DNA of 64,000 bases from a virus (taxonomy: Duplodnaviria > Caudoviricetes): positions 64,001 to 128,000 of IMG/VR virus record IMGVR_UViG_3300028048_000001, one strand, 5' to 3'. Shown one piece after another: positions 9,536 to 20,401 of the stretch (positions within the stretch are counted from its first letter, which is position 1; each line of letters opens with the position of its first letter). Under the pieces are notes generated by a model, which did not search any database, was not told the origin of the DNA, and was given only the letters and a program-made list of their open reading frames with translations. A program made the translations under genes and the position numbers.

Positions 9536-12500
9536 TTAAAGTGTACTAGAAATAGATTCTAATTTTTGTATAATAGAAGAAATATCAGCATTAATATTAT
9601 TTACTTGATCTTGATTAGTAATAGTAGTTGAATTAGAATTTACTGTAGCAGTAATTCCAGCTAATTTAGAAATAAGATCAACAATAGTAGGTAATGCGGC
9701 TTCATATTTACTATTATCAGCAATAGTCTTTAAATATTCAAGAATACTATTAAGGGATGCAGTATCTATTCCTCCAGCAACATATCCTCCAGAATTAGAA
9801 TTGTAAGTTCCTCCAGATGAATAAGAAGAACCAGAATTAGTTGTTCCAGAAGAAGATTTATTTGCTTTGGCATAATTATTATTCTGCATCTTCCTGATAG
9901 CTTCGTTATCAGCTTCCCAAGAAGCAGCAGCTTTATTTCTATTAATAGTTTCATTAATAGCTCTTTGTTCATCATCCCAAATCTTAGCAGCATTCTTTAT
10001 ATAATAATTATTATTCTGCATCTTCCTGATAGCTTCGTTATCAGCTTCCCAAGAAGCAGCAGCTTTATTTCTATTAATAGTTTCATTAATAGCTCTTTGT
10101 TCATCATCCCAAGAATCTAAATAATGCTTGCCGTATTTAGAACTACTAGTACCAGCTTTACCACCAGTAAAATTATATAATTGTAATCCAGATCCTGAAG
10201 CAATTGTTGCACTCCAATCTGGTCTTCCAAATCCAGTAAGTTTTTTATCCATAGAACTTCCATCACCTAAAGTCCACTGATGTCTAGCAACAACACCACC
10301 ATTACGGTTAAACTTATTACTGGATCCAGTATTACCTTCAAGAGTAGAAATCTGTTTTCCATTAACAGTTTCAACTAATCCAGTATGCGATGATCCGTTC
10401 TTAAATATAACAATATCACCTGGTTGAGGATCATTAGTCATAGCTCCAGCACGTTTAAAATTATCCCATAATCCAGATACAGCTGCAGATGGTGAACCTC
10501 TAAGAGCTTTATTTCTGGCTGTTTTATCTCCATTAAATGTTTTGTCCATAACCCATGATACAAAAGAAGCACACCATGGTTGACCGTCCATTCCCATAAA
10601 TTTACCATAATCGGTAATATTACCATTATTGGAACCTTCAGGTCCTTCAACAACACCTAACTGAGATTGTGCTATCTGAACCATAGACTGAGGAGTTCCT
10701 TTACCTTGAGGAGCAGGTTTTGCCTTTCCACCATATTGAGGTGTATTATCTCCACTCATAGATGTTTGAATAGTACTATTAGCACTTTCTCCACTTGTTA
10801 CAGTAGAACCATCAGATGATGTAGAATTGCTAGATGTTCCTCCAAGATTAAGTCCACCAGTAAAAAGTTTAAATATAGAACCAGCTTTACCTGTTAATTT
10901 ACTTCCAATAGCACCAAATACACTACTAAATGCACTTGAAAGTATTCCAGCTAAATTAGTAGGTTTAGAAGAATTTCCAAATGCATCTCCATTAGAAGCA
11001 CCACTAGAACTTGATGTTCCAGTAGAATAGCCAGCAGGAGCTGTTACAGTACCATCAGCACTAATATTATAATGAGCATCACCATGCTTCGATCTCATTT
11101 CTTCAGATGTATATCCAAAAGGATCAGATCTATCATCTGGGAAACTATAGAATGTCCACTTAGATCCATATTTATTTGTAATTTGAGTTTGATTAGGAAC
11201 ATAAGCAGATCTATTCTTTTTATCAATCGAAGGATTGGTAGAAGATATATCAGAGAAGCAATCATGCTCATTAATATATCTAGGCATAGTACGTTTACCG
11301 TTATTAAATATATCAGTAGCTGCAGCTAAAGCAGTATCTTCAATTTTAACTGATCCTGCAGCACCTTGTTCATAACGATTTTTACCATCAGCAAACCAGT
11401 TTTGTCCTTTTGGTTTAGTAAGATATGCAACAAGATTTTGAGCAGTAGCTCTAGAATCATCTTTCATATCAATGAGGTTTGCCATAAGTGAAGCTTCAGC
11501 ATATCTAGCTTGTACTTTACCTTGTTCATGCTGAATAATATTAGCAACACCTTTAAGTTGAGAATCTGTAAGATTATAAGTTGGGAAGCTTATAGTTTGT
11601 CCTCCACCAGATTCTCCTAATGTTGTAGGAGCACCAAAACTAGTATCTTTTGGTGGTTCTTTAGTAAATTTATCATAATAAGTTTGACCATAAGAAGCTC
11701 TAGTGGAACTATGTGACATAGCATCTTCAGGAGATTCAAAATCAGTTAAAACTTTATTAGAAGCTTCAGCTAAACTAGTAGTAGTTTTAAGTGTATTATA
11801 TACTCCAGGATACTTATTCTGTAACTCATAGAGTAAATACTCTAATTGTGTTTGTTTATCAGAAATAGATACACCTTTTTGCTTAACAAGATCATATAAT
11901 CCTTGTTTTCTTCCAAAACTTGTCCATTGGACTAAGCCATATCCATTCTGACCAAAATAAGTACCATCAGACTTTTGTCTAGAAGTCTTCCATGGCATTC
12001 TAACAAATTCATATTCAGGAATAACTCCAAAAGTAGGCTTAAGATTTTGTTCAGCACTACCTTTAAGTCCTTGTTTTAATCCTTTATCAACAGCAGCAGT
12101 ATAAGAATCACTATCATATGTAAATCCATAATCTCTATTATAATCATGAGATTGAATATTACTCTTTTTAATAGAAGAAGCTTCTACTTTATTAGATTTT
12201 AATCCAGATTCTGCATAGAGATTACCCATTAAACCTGCTACACCAGCATCTGTAAATCCAGCAGATTTAAGATAATTCCATATTGCTCCGTCATCAGCTT
12301 GAATTGCATTACTTCCACCACCAGTAAGTACTCCAAGCTTAGCTTTATTAATTATATTCTTATTATATATTGCAGGTGCTCTTAATTCAGGATCATCAAT
12401 TAATACATGACCTTTAGAATCTGATCCTCTAGCTACAACATAATGAGGATTAGGTCCAAAAGGAGAATTAATTTTAGATCTATTAGATCTATCTTGTCCT

Positions 12501-15500
12501 AATAATATGGTAGGATTACCTGATCCAATAGCACCTCTAATAGAATTTTTAGAATTAGTATAAGAAGTTCTAATACCATTAGCTCCTAATATATCAGAGA
12601 AATAAGAAGCTCTAGTACCAACAGCATCAGATCTTCCTGCTACATATCCACCAAGTTCAGCATATCTGGCAGCATCTTCAAGATTACCACCTTTACCATA
12701 AGCTCTAAGTACAGTAGCAGCAGTTGCAGGTCCACAACCATTATCGTCTATAGTAGAAGAGCCAAATCTTCTGCTAGATCCCTTTTGTGATACATGAATT
12801 CCTGATCCACTACCTGTTTCTGCATTATGTTGTGTATTAGATGTATTATCATTAAGTGCCCAATTTTTAATACTTGTAAAAATATTATCTGCACCTTCAA
12901 CAAATCCACCTACTACACCACCAACTTTATCTCCAACAATTTTAAGAGGTCTAATAATAGTAAGAAGCAATCTCATAATACCGCCTGTTGCAGATACCAT
13001 CGCACTATTAAGAGAACCAAATACATTATCTCCAGTAGTTTTAAAACTATCAACTGTAGAAGAATATGTATCCATACTATTATTAGTGTCAGAATATTGT
13101 TTCCAAAGTTTATCAATAATATCACCCATATTGGGTATAGAATTTTTAGTTTTAGTAAAGATATTATTAATAGATTTTCCTATAGCATTAATTCCTGTTG
13201 GAATTGAATAAGCGAATTTAAATCCAGTGTCAGCAAGTTTAGATATAAATCCTTCTCCTTCTCCTCCAGCATCTTTATTATCAGAAGCCCAAAGACCACC
13301 AAAATCTCCATTTTGCATGTATATCTTTTTAGCTTCACCAATAGAAGCGATATTATTAGCTTCTTTACTAACAAATTCTCCAATGGATTTAATTCCTTCT
13401 ACAGTTTTATGACCTACAAAGGATACAAGTGTAGGAACAGTAAGTCCATATGATGTAGCCATATTAGTAATAGTAGAAATAAATCCAAAAGGATTATCTT
13501 CACTAACAGTAGATTTATTTGTCCAAAGACCCACTATATCTCCAGATTTAAAAGAATCAATATTTGAACCTACTGTTGTGGTTGTATCTGATATTATTGT
13601 CCTACCCATCTCAATATATGGGGTAACTGCATTTTTAATTTTTATACCAAATTCTTCTACTTTATTTTTTATATTATTAAATATTTCTTCTGCTTTATTC
13701 TTTACTTTAATACCAATATATTTAGCAAAAAGTCCTGGAATAATAGCAGCTTTAGTACCATTAGCTATAGTATTTGTAATTCCATAAAGAGGATTATCTT
13801 CTTTGATATTAGGCTTAACAGCTATAACATCAGACATTTTAGCATCTTTATTTACAAATACTTTTTCCATTTTTCCAGCAAGAGTAGTAATTCCAGTAAC
13901 GGCTTCTTTTACATAATCTTTACCTTTACTTAATTTTTCTCCAGCTGTTTTAACAAGATTTTTAGCACCAGAAGCTATATTGGTTCCAAAATTCTTAATC
14001 CTAGTACTAGCTTTAGATCCAAAGTTTTTAATACCAGTAATACCTTTTACTGCAGTAGTTTTTACTGTATTAAACCCATTACTAGCAGTTTCTTTAACTT
14101 TAGAAATTGCTCCTCCTATTGATTTTTTCACTTTTTCTTGAGTTGTATATTCACCTAATACATTATGAACATATTCTTCAAGAGTAGCACCAGGATTATT
14201 GGTAGCTTTTTTATATTCTTCAAGAGTAACTTTAGCTGCTTCTCTTTGTTCCTGTAACCCTCCAAGATTAATACCAAATTTCTCAAATATCCAATATAGA
14301 ATATTAAATAATACTTCTGTAGGAATTAATCCTCCTATTCCAGGAATAGCATAATTTATACCATTTAAAGCTGCAGCTAATAATCTTTGAGTAATTGTAG
14401 GATCTGCAGTTATACCTAATATAACTTTTGCTTTTGCTTTTTCAAAACCATCTTCAAGAGCAAGTATTATTCTACCAATATAAATTACAGATCCGATACT
14501 ACTTAAAAGTTTTCCAAGATTAGCAGATCCACCTTTTGATACAATTGCTTGAGCAGTAGCTTCGGCAGCTTCGTCTGCAGCGGATCCAGCTTGTTTAACA
14601 CCAAGCTTATTAAATACCCAATTAAAAATATTTTTAACTTTATCAGATATAGTAGATATAAGACCGTCATCTGCTACTTGACCAATAGTATCATATAACT
14701 TTTCACCAAGTTTTCCACTATCGGCAAGTTTAGACATAACTTTTTCATTATTCCAAATTTTTGATGCTGCATTTTTAAATATATTAGTACCTTCTGGTAA
14801 TTTAGATCCGATTTTAGAAGCTAATCCTATCGGAGAAGATAATGCTTTACCTATAACAGGAACTTTACCAATTGTATTAGATACAATTTTAGCTCCGGCT
14901 TTACCAATAGATCCTCCGAATGCCATTCCACTTAAAAGATTTATACCAGTAGTTTTAATACCTCTATCTATAGCATAATCTGATACGAAATCTTTACTGC
15001 TATATGCATTCATATTTTTTCTGGTAATAATATTTTGAGTGTCTTTAGCTCCGTAATATGCTCTTTCGAAAAAGCTCATATCTTTACTTTTCTTAAGAGT
15101 ATTAGGATCTATATCACTTCTTACTCTTGAATCTTTATCCGAACCTTCTACTTTATCATGAATTTTAGAAAGTCCCCAAGTAATTCCAGCACCTGCAAGA
15201 ATTGTACTAAGTGCACCACTACTTACAAGTCCTTCAAATCCAGCTTTAATAAGTCCAGTAATCCCAGAACCAGTAAGCATTCCTATTAAACTAGAAATAC
15301 CATTAGTAATAGGAGATAACAAATTACCAATAAAATTACCAGCAGTAGAAAGAAATCCAAGAGCTCCTTTTTTTAATTTATCAAATATAGTTTCTTTTTT
15401 TTCTTCTTTATTAATTCCAAATATTTTACCAAGCCCAGTAAGAAGACCACCACCAAGGAAGAAATTATAAAATCTTGTTTTAAGATTCTTCTCCTCTTTT

Positions 15501-18500
15501 TCTTCCTTTTCCTTATCGTTAGTTTCTTTATCAGATAAATCAGGAACCCATTTACCACCTCTATATTCTTCATTTTTTTCGGTGATAGGATTCTGTCTTT
15601 TATCTCCCTCTTTAGGTCCGGCATTTTCATTTGATTTATTTTCATTACTTGGAATATTAGTATTCTCTTTAGCTTTATCAAAAGAATTCTTTTCTGGTAA
15701 TTCAATACCATTGTGCTGAGCTATTGATTTTACTGTATCAAGAATAGTATTAAGTATACTATTTCTTTTAGCTCCCAAAGGATCAGTTTTTTCTGCGTCT
15801 TTAATAGTTTCAGCAATATTTTTATTTTCTTCTTTTAACCAATTTTTTCTATCATTAATATTTATTCTTCTATAATCATTATCGGTTTGATGCATTAATT
15901 TAAGTAATTTTTTATCACTTAATTTACCATTCAAACCTCTAATATCATAACCTTTATATTCATCTTTAGAAAATTCAGATTCTCTAACAGCATCCCAATT
16001 ATCTAATTGAACAGATCTTTCATTAAATTCAGCTTGTTTTTCTTTTAAAAGATTAATAGCTGATGTTGCTCTTTCACCTGTTATACCATATTCACCATTT
16101 TCAATAGCTTTTATTAATTTACTATAGTCTGTATGCTCTTTTTTGGGTCCAAAAGGCTTATTATTATTTCTAGTATAAGTAGTAGAATCTTTTATAGCTT
16201 TTCTAAGAGCATTTACTACTTTAGGATCGCTAGCTCCACCATTATCTAGTGTAGCAACCATAGTATCTGCTAAATCTTCTCTTTGAGATCTAAGAGCTTT
16301 TCTTGCACCATTTTCATTATTAGAATAGAAACGTATTTTTTGAATAAAATCATTTCTTTTTCTAATTCCTTCTTCACTATTATCTTTTTCCAATTCAGCA
16401 AGAGATTTATCATAAGATGTAGCATCAGATCCCATAGCTTTTACTCTCTCTGCTGCAGAAGCAGTAGAGTAACCCATTCTTATATTATGTTTATTAAGAG
16501 CTTCTCCAGCTCTACCCATTATATTGAATGGAACAGATATTAATCCCTTGCCAAATTTTAAAAGTTTATCTCCAGAGAATCCTAAAAGTGATAATAATCT
16601 ACCAAAAGTTTTATTAAATAATTCTCCAATATTTCTTCCAATACGAACTATTATATTTTTAGCCCCTTCAGTAACCCCTTCAAGTAGCCTAGTTCCTTTT
16701 CCTTTGACCCAATCAGTAAGAGGAACAAATAATTTTTTAACATTTTCACCAACAGTATTTTTTAAGAATTCACCAACTTTACCGATTCCGTTTTTAACAT
16801 AATCGGCCAATGGATCTACTACTCTAACTTTAAGAGAACCGATAATTCCGCCTCTTCTTTTACCATCGGCACCTTTATTACCAAATAAAGCTCCAGATAT
16901 ATATTCTTTTACAGTTTCATTATGGGCAAGCATATCAACACCTGCACCAAGCATAAATCCACCAAGAATTCCACCAGGAGCTAATCCCATAAGTCCAAGA
17001 GCTGTTCCTAAAGCTCCAGATTTAGCTATTGAAGGAACTCTCTTTTTAATAAATGTAGCAGCCTTAGCAGGAATTAACCCGCCAGACATGGTTTTTGTTC
17101 CATCAGAATTTGTACGTTCTTCGCCAAAAAGTTTTTTAGAAATATCATCAGAATTTTTTAATACATGAACTCCAGCACCAATAGCAAATCCACCAAGAAG
17201 TCCTAATCCAGAACCTGTCATGGCACCTGCAACAATAGCACCGATAGTACCAGATGATATAGTTTGAGGTAAAGACTTTTTGATTACATTCATTGCTGAT
17301 TTAGCAACGTCTTTAGTTCCTGTATATTTATCTCCGAAATAGTCAGACATAGCTTGATCAGCTTTAGACATCATATCTTTCATTTTCTGACCATAATCGG
17401 TTTCCATAATTTTTCCAGCAAAGCTTTTGGCACCATCTATAACTTTAGAACCTGTAGTTTTTACATTATCTACAGTTTCTCCTACAATATCTTGAACGTT
17501 TTTTGATTCTACATACCTTTTAACTGCATTATAGTTCTTTTTAATTCTTTTAGCAATAGTATTAGGATCTAATCCTTGTTCTAAAAGTTTATCAATATTA
17601 CTTTTATCTTTTTTAGATAATTTAGGTCTTTTAGATTTACCACCTTTACTAAAATTTCCCCAATAATCATCTGTATTTCCACCTCTAGCAACCCAATTTC
17701 TATAATTCATTGCTTCTTGGGCTCTTTGAGATGATTTATTGGTTCTTCCTTTGTAAAAAGGATTTTTCTCAGAAGGAATAATCATTTCACCTTCTGATAC
17801 AGAAATCATACCAGATTTGGTGACCATACCACCATTGGCAGCAGATCCACTGTAATTACCAGTAACCCAATCTACAACACTACCAGCAGATTTTTTAGCA
17901 TGTCCCCAAATAGATTTTCCAATTCCACTAACTTGATCTTTCATAGATCCAAAATAGGATCTACCAAAATCAGAAGATTTAAATTTTTCCCATTTATCTA
18001 AAGCCCAATTTTTAGCTTTATCTTTAATACTTTCTATTGCTTGAGCTATAGTACCAGGAAGATCTTTAAATAATTTTACTAATCCACCATTTGCAAAAAA
18101 TTCTTTAGCTTGACTTATCCCATTACCAAAGAATACCTTAGAAAGAAAATCATTTATTTTATCTACGCCTTTTGTAAATATAGACGATTTTTCATTTTCT
18201 TCTCGTCTTTCATCAAGTTTATTTGTTGATTTATATGGCGATTCTCTATATGTTCCATCTTTTTCTAATACATAAGTATCATCTTTAGCAGTATTTTCAT
18301 TATATATTTTATTTTTTATTGCTTGGTTTTCTCTTCTTCTTAATTCTTTAAGTTCTTTACTTAATGGAACATTATATTTTCTTCTAGCTTTATATCCTCT
18401 ATCTCCAGAGAAATTTTGACTAGATATACTGTCTTCTAAATACTTAAAAGAACTATAAAAGCTTTGTAAATACCAATAAATATCATGGCCTTTATCATCT

Positions 18501-20293
18501 TGAAGTGCTAATATACTATTACTATAAGCACCCTTTTTATTTTTATTATTTTCAACTTTAAGTAATCCTGATCCATTAAATATAGCACTATATTGAGTTC
18601 CAGCATCAGCCATAAATTTATTATGTGCTATTTTACTACCATAAACAGAAGAATTTAATTGACCAGCATGTTTCTTAAAAGCTTTTCTTAATTCTTCACC
18701 AGATTTTTTGGTGATCATTTTTTTACGAACTAAAAGAAGTAATTCACGGTCAATATCAGTATTACTAGAATCTATATTATTGACGGTAAAATATTCCATT
18801 ACTTTATCAAAATCTCTTGAAAGATCAAGTGTTCCTTTTGATCTGTAAGACATTTCTGCTTGACCAGCAGAAAGTTTGGAATTATAATTATCAATAAATT
18901 CTCTAGTAATAGTATCTCTAAAACTAGAATTCTCATTAGCAATAGACTTACTTCTACCTTCTCTAAAATTCTTAGTCATATTCTTAGGAGTTTCCCATCG
19001 ACCAGTTTTATAATTAAAAACTTTAGGTATTCCTCCTAATTGAGAAATAATCATTGCTAATTGCTGAGGAATAACTTCTGTTAAAGCTTTTTTACTCTCT
19101 CCATCCCAATCAAGAGGACCTCTATAATACTTAGAAATATCTATCTTCTTATTGGCTTTAGGAGCTATATCAAAAGCAGATAATATAGAATTTAATAAAG
19201 TTCCACCACGAGCTTTTCCATACTTATCATACTTTATATTATTTTTATTAAATCTATTTCTAGCAGCAATATTTCCTACTAATTTTGCAAATCCACCTTT
19301 AAAAATATTCTCAGTTCTATTTAAACTCTTTCCAAATTTAGAATTTTGTAATCTATCTGTAATAGCCATTGATGCTATTAATGCAATAGGAGAACTTAAC
19401 CCTCCAGACTCAGATATCATAGCCAGCATATCTGGAGATAATAAATCTGTCATAAATCCTAAAGAACTAGAATTCATAAAATTAGTTTTTGCATATTGTC
19501 CCCATTTTTTAAGATTTGGTAAACCACCAGAAAAAATATCTTCCCATGCTGTAGCTTTATAACTACTTTTATTTCCAAATCCAGCTTTTCTGGTTTCATA
19601 TCTTTCTGTAAGTATCTTATTTATGTTTTCAAGATACTTAGTTTGCATAGCTAATTCAGAAGTAGCAGCTTGATAAAAATTTCCAGAATTAATAATATGA
19701 GTATTTAATGGAGTAGCTATATCTTGATGAAGATTTAAGATACTTGTATTAATAACAGATAAAGATGTATTAACTAATCCAAGCATCCTATTACTAGATT
19801 TGATACTTAATCTTGTATTAGCCTTATATGATCTAACTATTTCATCAGTAGAAGCAGCAGTAAGTTTCTGTTGCGTTATACTAAGAGAATTAATAGCTTT
19901 AGATTCTGCGGATGAAGACTCAGTGTCTTCACCAAAATCTTCATCAATATCAAAATCTAAATCATCAAAAGAAAAACCTTCTTTTTTCATATACTCATCA
20001 AGAGCAGCTTTTTCTCTTTCTGGGTTATAAAATTTTCCTGTTCTAATATCATCAAGGATATTTTTCTTTTGTGTATTAAATTCTTTTAAAAATACATTAC
20101 CATTTTCATCTATTTTTTCTTTAGATCTTCTTCTAAAATCTTTAGCGAAATCATACATTTCTCTAGCAGAAGAAGCAGTTTCGGTAATGTATGATGTAAT
20201 GGTTGGATTAACACCCTTAATTGATTGAGCTGTAATATATCCAGCAGATCTAAGTACATTTTTAGCATAAGACTTTGGATCAAACCTAGCCAT
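9536..20293 (-). CDS. Tape-measure-like tail protein with C-terminal peptidase C39-like, phage tail lysozyme, putative wall hydrolase and CHAP domains
   Basis: 3585 aa with a long G/A/K/L-rich helical body. Domain motifs: GCGPATAATV..HYVVARG..VLIDDP; IWNYLKSAGFTDAGVAGLMGNLYAESG..GYGLVQWT; ANIIQHEQG..EASLMAN; QPWCASFVSW..GDIVIF..HTGLV..LEGNT. Confidence 0.85.
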   Translation of the reverse strand: MARFDPKSYAKNVLRSAGYITAQSIKGVNPTITSYITETASSAREMYDFAKDFRRRSKEKIDENGNVFLKEFNTQKKNILDDIRTGKFYNPEREKAALDEYMKKEGFSFDDLDFDIDEDFGEDTESSSAESKAINSLSITQQKLTAASTDEIVRSYKANTRLSIKSSNRMLGLVNTSLSVINTSILNLHQDIATPLNTHIINSGNFYQAATSELAMQTKYLENINKILTERYETRKAGFGNKSSYKATAWEDIFSGGLPNLKKWGQYAKTNFMNSSSLGFMTDLLSPDMLAMISESGGLSSPIALIASMAITDRLQNSKFGKSLNRTENIFKGGFAKLVGNIAARNRFNKNNIKYDKYGKARGGTLLNSILSAFDIAPKANKKIDISKYYRGPLDWDGESKKALTEVIPQQLAMIISQLGGIPKVFNYKTGRWETPKNMTKNFREGRSKSIANENSSFRDTITREFIDNYNSKLSAGQAEMSYRSKGTLDLSRDFDKVMEYFTVNNIDSSNTDIDRELLLLVRKKMITKKSGEELRKAFKKHAGQLNSSVYGSKIAHNKFMADAGTQYSAIFNGSGLLKVENNKNKKGAYSNSILALQDDKGHDIYWYLQSFYSSFKYLEDSISSQNFSGDRGYKARRKYNVPLSKELKELRRRENQAIKNKIYNENTAKDDTYVLEKDGTYRESPYKSTNKLDERREENEKSSIFTKGVDKINDFLSKVFFGNGISQAKEFFANGGLVKLFKDLPGTIAQAIESIKDKAKNWALDKWEKFKSSDFGRSYFGSMKDQVSGIGKSIWGHAKKSAGSVVDWVTGNYSGSAANGGMVTKSGMISVSEGEMIIPSEKNPFYKGRTNKSSQRAQEAMNYRNWVARGGNTDDYWGNFSKGGKSKRPKLSKKDKSNIDKLLEQGLDPNTIAKRIKKNYNAVKRYVESKNVQDIVGETVDNVKTTGSKVIDGAKSFAGKIMETDYGQKMKDMMSKADQAMSDYFGDKYTGTKDVAKSAMNVIKKSLPQTISSGTIGAIVAGAMTGSGLGLLGGFAIGAGVHVLKNSDDISKKLFGEERTNSDGTKTMSGGLIPAKAATFIKKRVPSIAKSGALGTALGLMGLAPGGILGGFMLGAGVDMLAHNETVKEYISGALFGNKGADGKRRGGIIGSLKVRVVDPLADYVKNGIGKVGEFLKNTVGENVKKLFVPLTDWVKGKGTRLLEGVTEGAKNIIVRIGRNIGELFNKTFGRLLSLLGFSGDKLLKFGKGLISVPFNIMGRAGEALNKHNIRMGYSTASAAERVKAMGSDATSYDKSLAELEKDNSEEGIRKRNDFIQKIRFYSNNENGARKALRSQREDLADTMVATLDNGGASDPKVVNALRKAIKDSTTYTRNNNKPFGPKKEHTDYSKLIKAIENGEYGITGERATSAINLLKEKQAEFNERSVQLDNWDAVRESEFSKDEYKGYDIRGLNGKLSDKKLLKLMHQTDNDYRRININDRKNWLKEENKNIAETIKDAEKTDPLGAKRNSILNTILDTVKSIAQHNGIELPEKNSFDKAKENTNIPSNENKSNENAGPKEGDKRQNPITEKNEEYRGGKWVPDLSDKETNDKEKEEKEEKNLKTRFYNFFLGGGLLTGLGKIFGINKEEKKETIFDKLKKGALGFLSTAGNFIGNLLSPITNGISSLIGMLTGSGITGLIKAGFEGLVSSGALSTILAGAGITWGLSKIHDKVEGSDKDSRVRSDIDPNTLKKSKDMSFFERAYYGAKDTQNIITRKNMNAYSSKDFVSDYAIDRGIKTTGINLLSGMAFGGSIGKAGAKIVSNTIGKVPVIGKALSSPIGLASKIGSKLPEGTNIFKNAASKIWNNEKVMSKLADSGKLGEKLYDTIGQVADDGLISTISDKVKNIFNWVFNKLGVKQAGSAADEAAEATAQAIVSKGGSANLGKLLSSIGSVIYIGRIILALEDGFEKAKAKVILGITADPTITQRLLAAALNGINYAIPGIGGLIPTEVLFNILYWIFEKFGINLGGLQEQREAAKVTLEEYKKATNNPGATLEEYVHNVLGEYTTQEKVKKSIGGAISKVKETASNGFNTVKTTAVKGITGIKNFGSKASTRIKNFGTNIASGAKNLVKTAGEKLSKGKDYVKEAVTGITTLAGKMEKVFVNKDAKMSDVIAVKPNIKEDNPLYGITNTIANGTKAAIIPGLFAKYIGIKVKNKAEEIFNNIKNKVEEFGIKIKNAVTPYIEMGRTIISDTTTTVGSNIDSFKSGDIVGLWTNKSTVSEDNPFGFISTITNMATSYGLTVPTLVSFVGHKTVEGIKSIGEFVSKEANNIASIGEAKKIYMQNGDFGGLWASDNKDAGGEGEGFISKLADTGFKFAYSIPTGINAIGKSINNIFTKTKNSIPNMGDIIDKLWKQYSDTNNSMDTYSSTVDSFKTTGDNVFGSLNSAMVSATGGIMRLLLTIIRPLKIVGDKVGGVVGGFVEGADNIFTSIKNWALNDNTSNTQHNAETGSGSGIHVSQKGSSRRFGSSTIDDNGCGPATAATVLRAYGKGGNLEDAARYAELGGYVAGRSDAVGTRASYFSDILGANGIRTSYTNSKNSIRGAIGSGNPTILLGQDRSNRSKINSPFGPNPHYVVARGSDSKGHVLIDDPELRAPAIYNKNIINKAKLGVLTGGGSNAIQADDGAIWNYLKSAGFTDAGVAGLMGNLYAESGLKSNKVEASSIKKSNIQSHDYNRDYGFTYDSDSYTAAVDKGLKQGLKGSAEQNLKPTFGVIPEYEFVRMPWKTSRQKSDGTYFGQNGYGLVQWTSFGRKQGLYDLVKQKGVSISDKQTQLEYLLYELQNKYPGVYNTLKTTTSLAEASNKVLTDFESPEDAMSHSSTRASYGQTYYDKFTKEPPKDTSFGAPTTLGESGGGQTISFPTYNLTDSQLKGVANIIQHEQGKVQARYAEASLMANLIDMKDDSRATAQNLVAYLTKPKGQNWFADGKNRYEQGAAGSVKIEDTALAAATDIFNNGKRTMPRYINEHDCFSDISSTNPSIDKKNRSAYVPNQTQITNKYGSKWTFYSFPDDRSDPFGYTSEEMRSKHGDAHYNISADGTVTAPAGYSTGTSSSSGASNGDAFGNSSKPTNLAGILSSAFSSVFGAIGSKLTGKAGSIFKLFTGGLNLGGTSSNSTSSDGSTVTSGESANSTIQTSMSGDNTPQYGGKAKPAPQGKGTPQSMVQIAQSQLGVVEGPEGSNNGNITDYGKFMGMDGQPWCASFVSWVMDKTFNGDKTARNKALRGSPSAAVSGLWDNFKRAGAMTNDPQPGDIVIFKNGSSHTGLVETVNGKQISTLEGNTGSSNKFNRNGGVVARHQWTLGDGSSMDKKLTGFGRPDWSATIASGSGLQLYNFTGGKAGTSSSKYGKHYLDSWDDEQRAINETINRNKAAASWEADNEAIRKMQNNNYYIKNAAKIWDDEQRAINETINRNKAAASWEADNEAIRKMQNNNYAKANKSSSGTTNSGSSYSSGGTYNSNSGGYVAGGIDTASLNSILEYLKTIADNSKYEAALPTIVDLISKLAGITATVNSNSTTITNQDQVNNINADISSIIQKLESISSTL
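9872..10112. repeat. Perfect 109-bp direct repeat (period 132 bp) inside the tail protein gene
   Basis: 9872-9980 is identical to 10004-10112; it encodes WDDEQRAINETINRNKAAASWEADNEAIRKMQNNNY twice. Confidence 0.95.
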
Positions 20294-20323
20294 ATTACTT
20301 TCCTTTCATTTAATAAATAATCT

Positions 20324-20337
20324 ATTATGTTGATGTT
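20324..20337 (-). promoter_or_regulatory. Late-type phage promoter motif
   Basis: AACATCAACATAAT upstream of the giant tail gene. Confidence 0.6.
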
Positions 20338-20363
20338 AAATTTGACTATATACCAAAAAAAAA

Positions 20364-20397
20364 ATAAAAGGGTAGGTTATTAAACCTACCCTTTTAT
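20364..20397 (-). terminator. Intrinsic terminator
   Basis: ATAAAAGGGTAGGTT-ATTA-AACCTACCCTTTTAT with a long T-tract on the minus strand. Confidence 0.8.
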
Positions 20398-20401
20398 ATT
20401 A

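Noticed and set aside
9766-20030. Numerous 60-136 aa ORFs nested in or opposite the tail gene (and similar nested ORFs elsewhere)
   Set aside because: No RBS or motifs; expected by-products of long coding regions.
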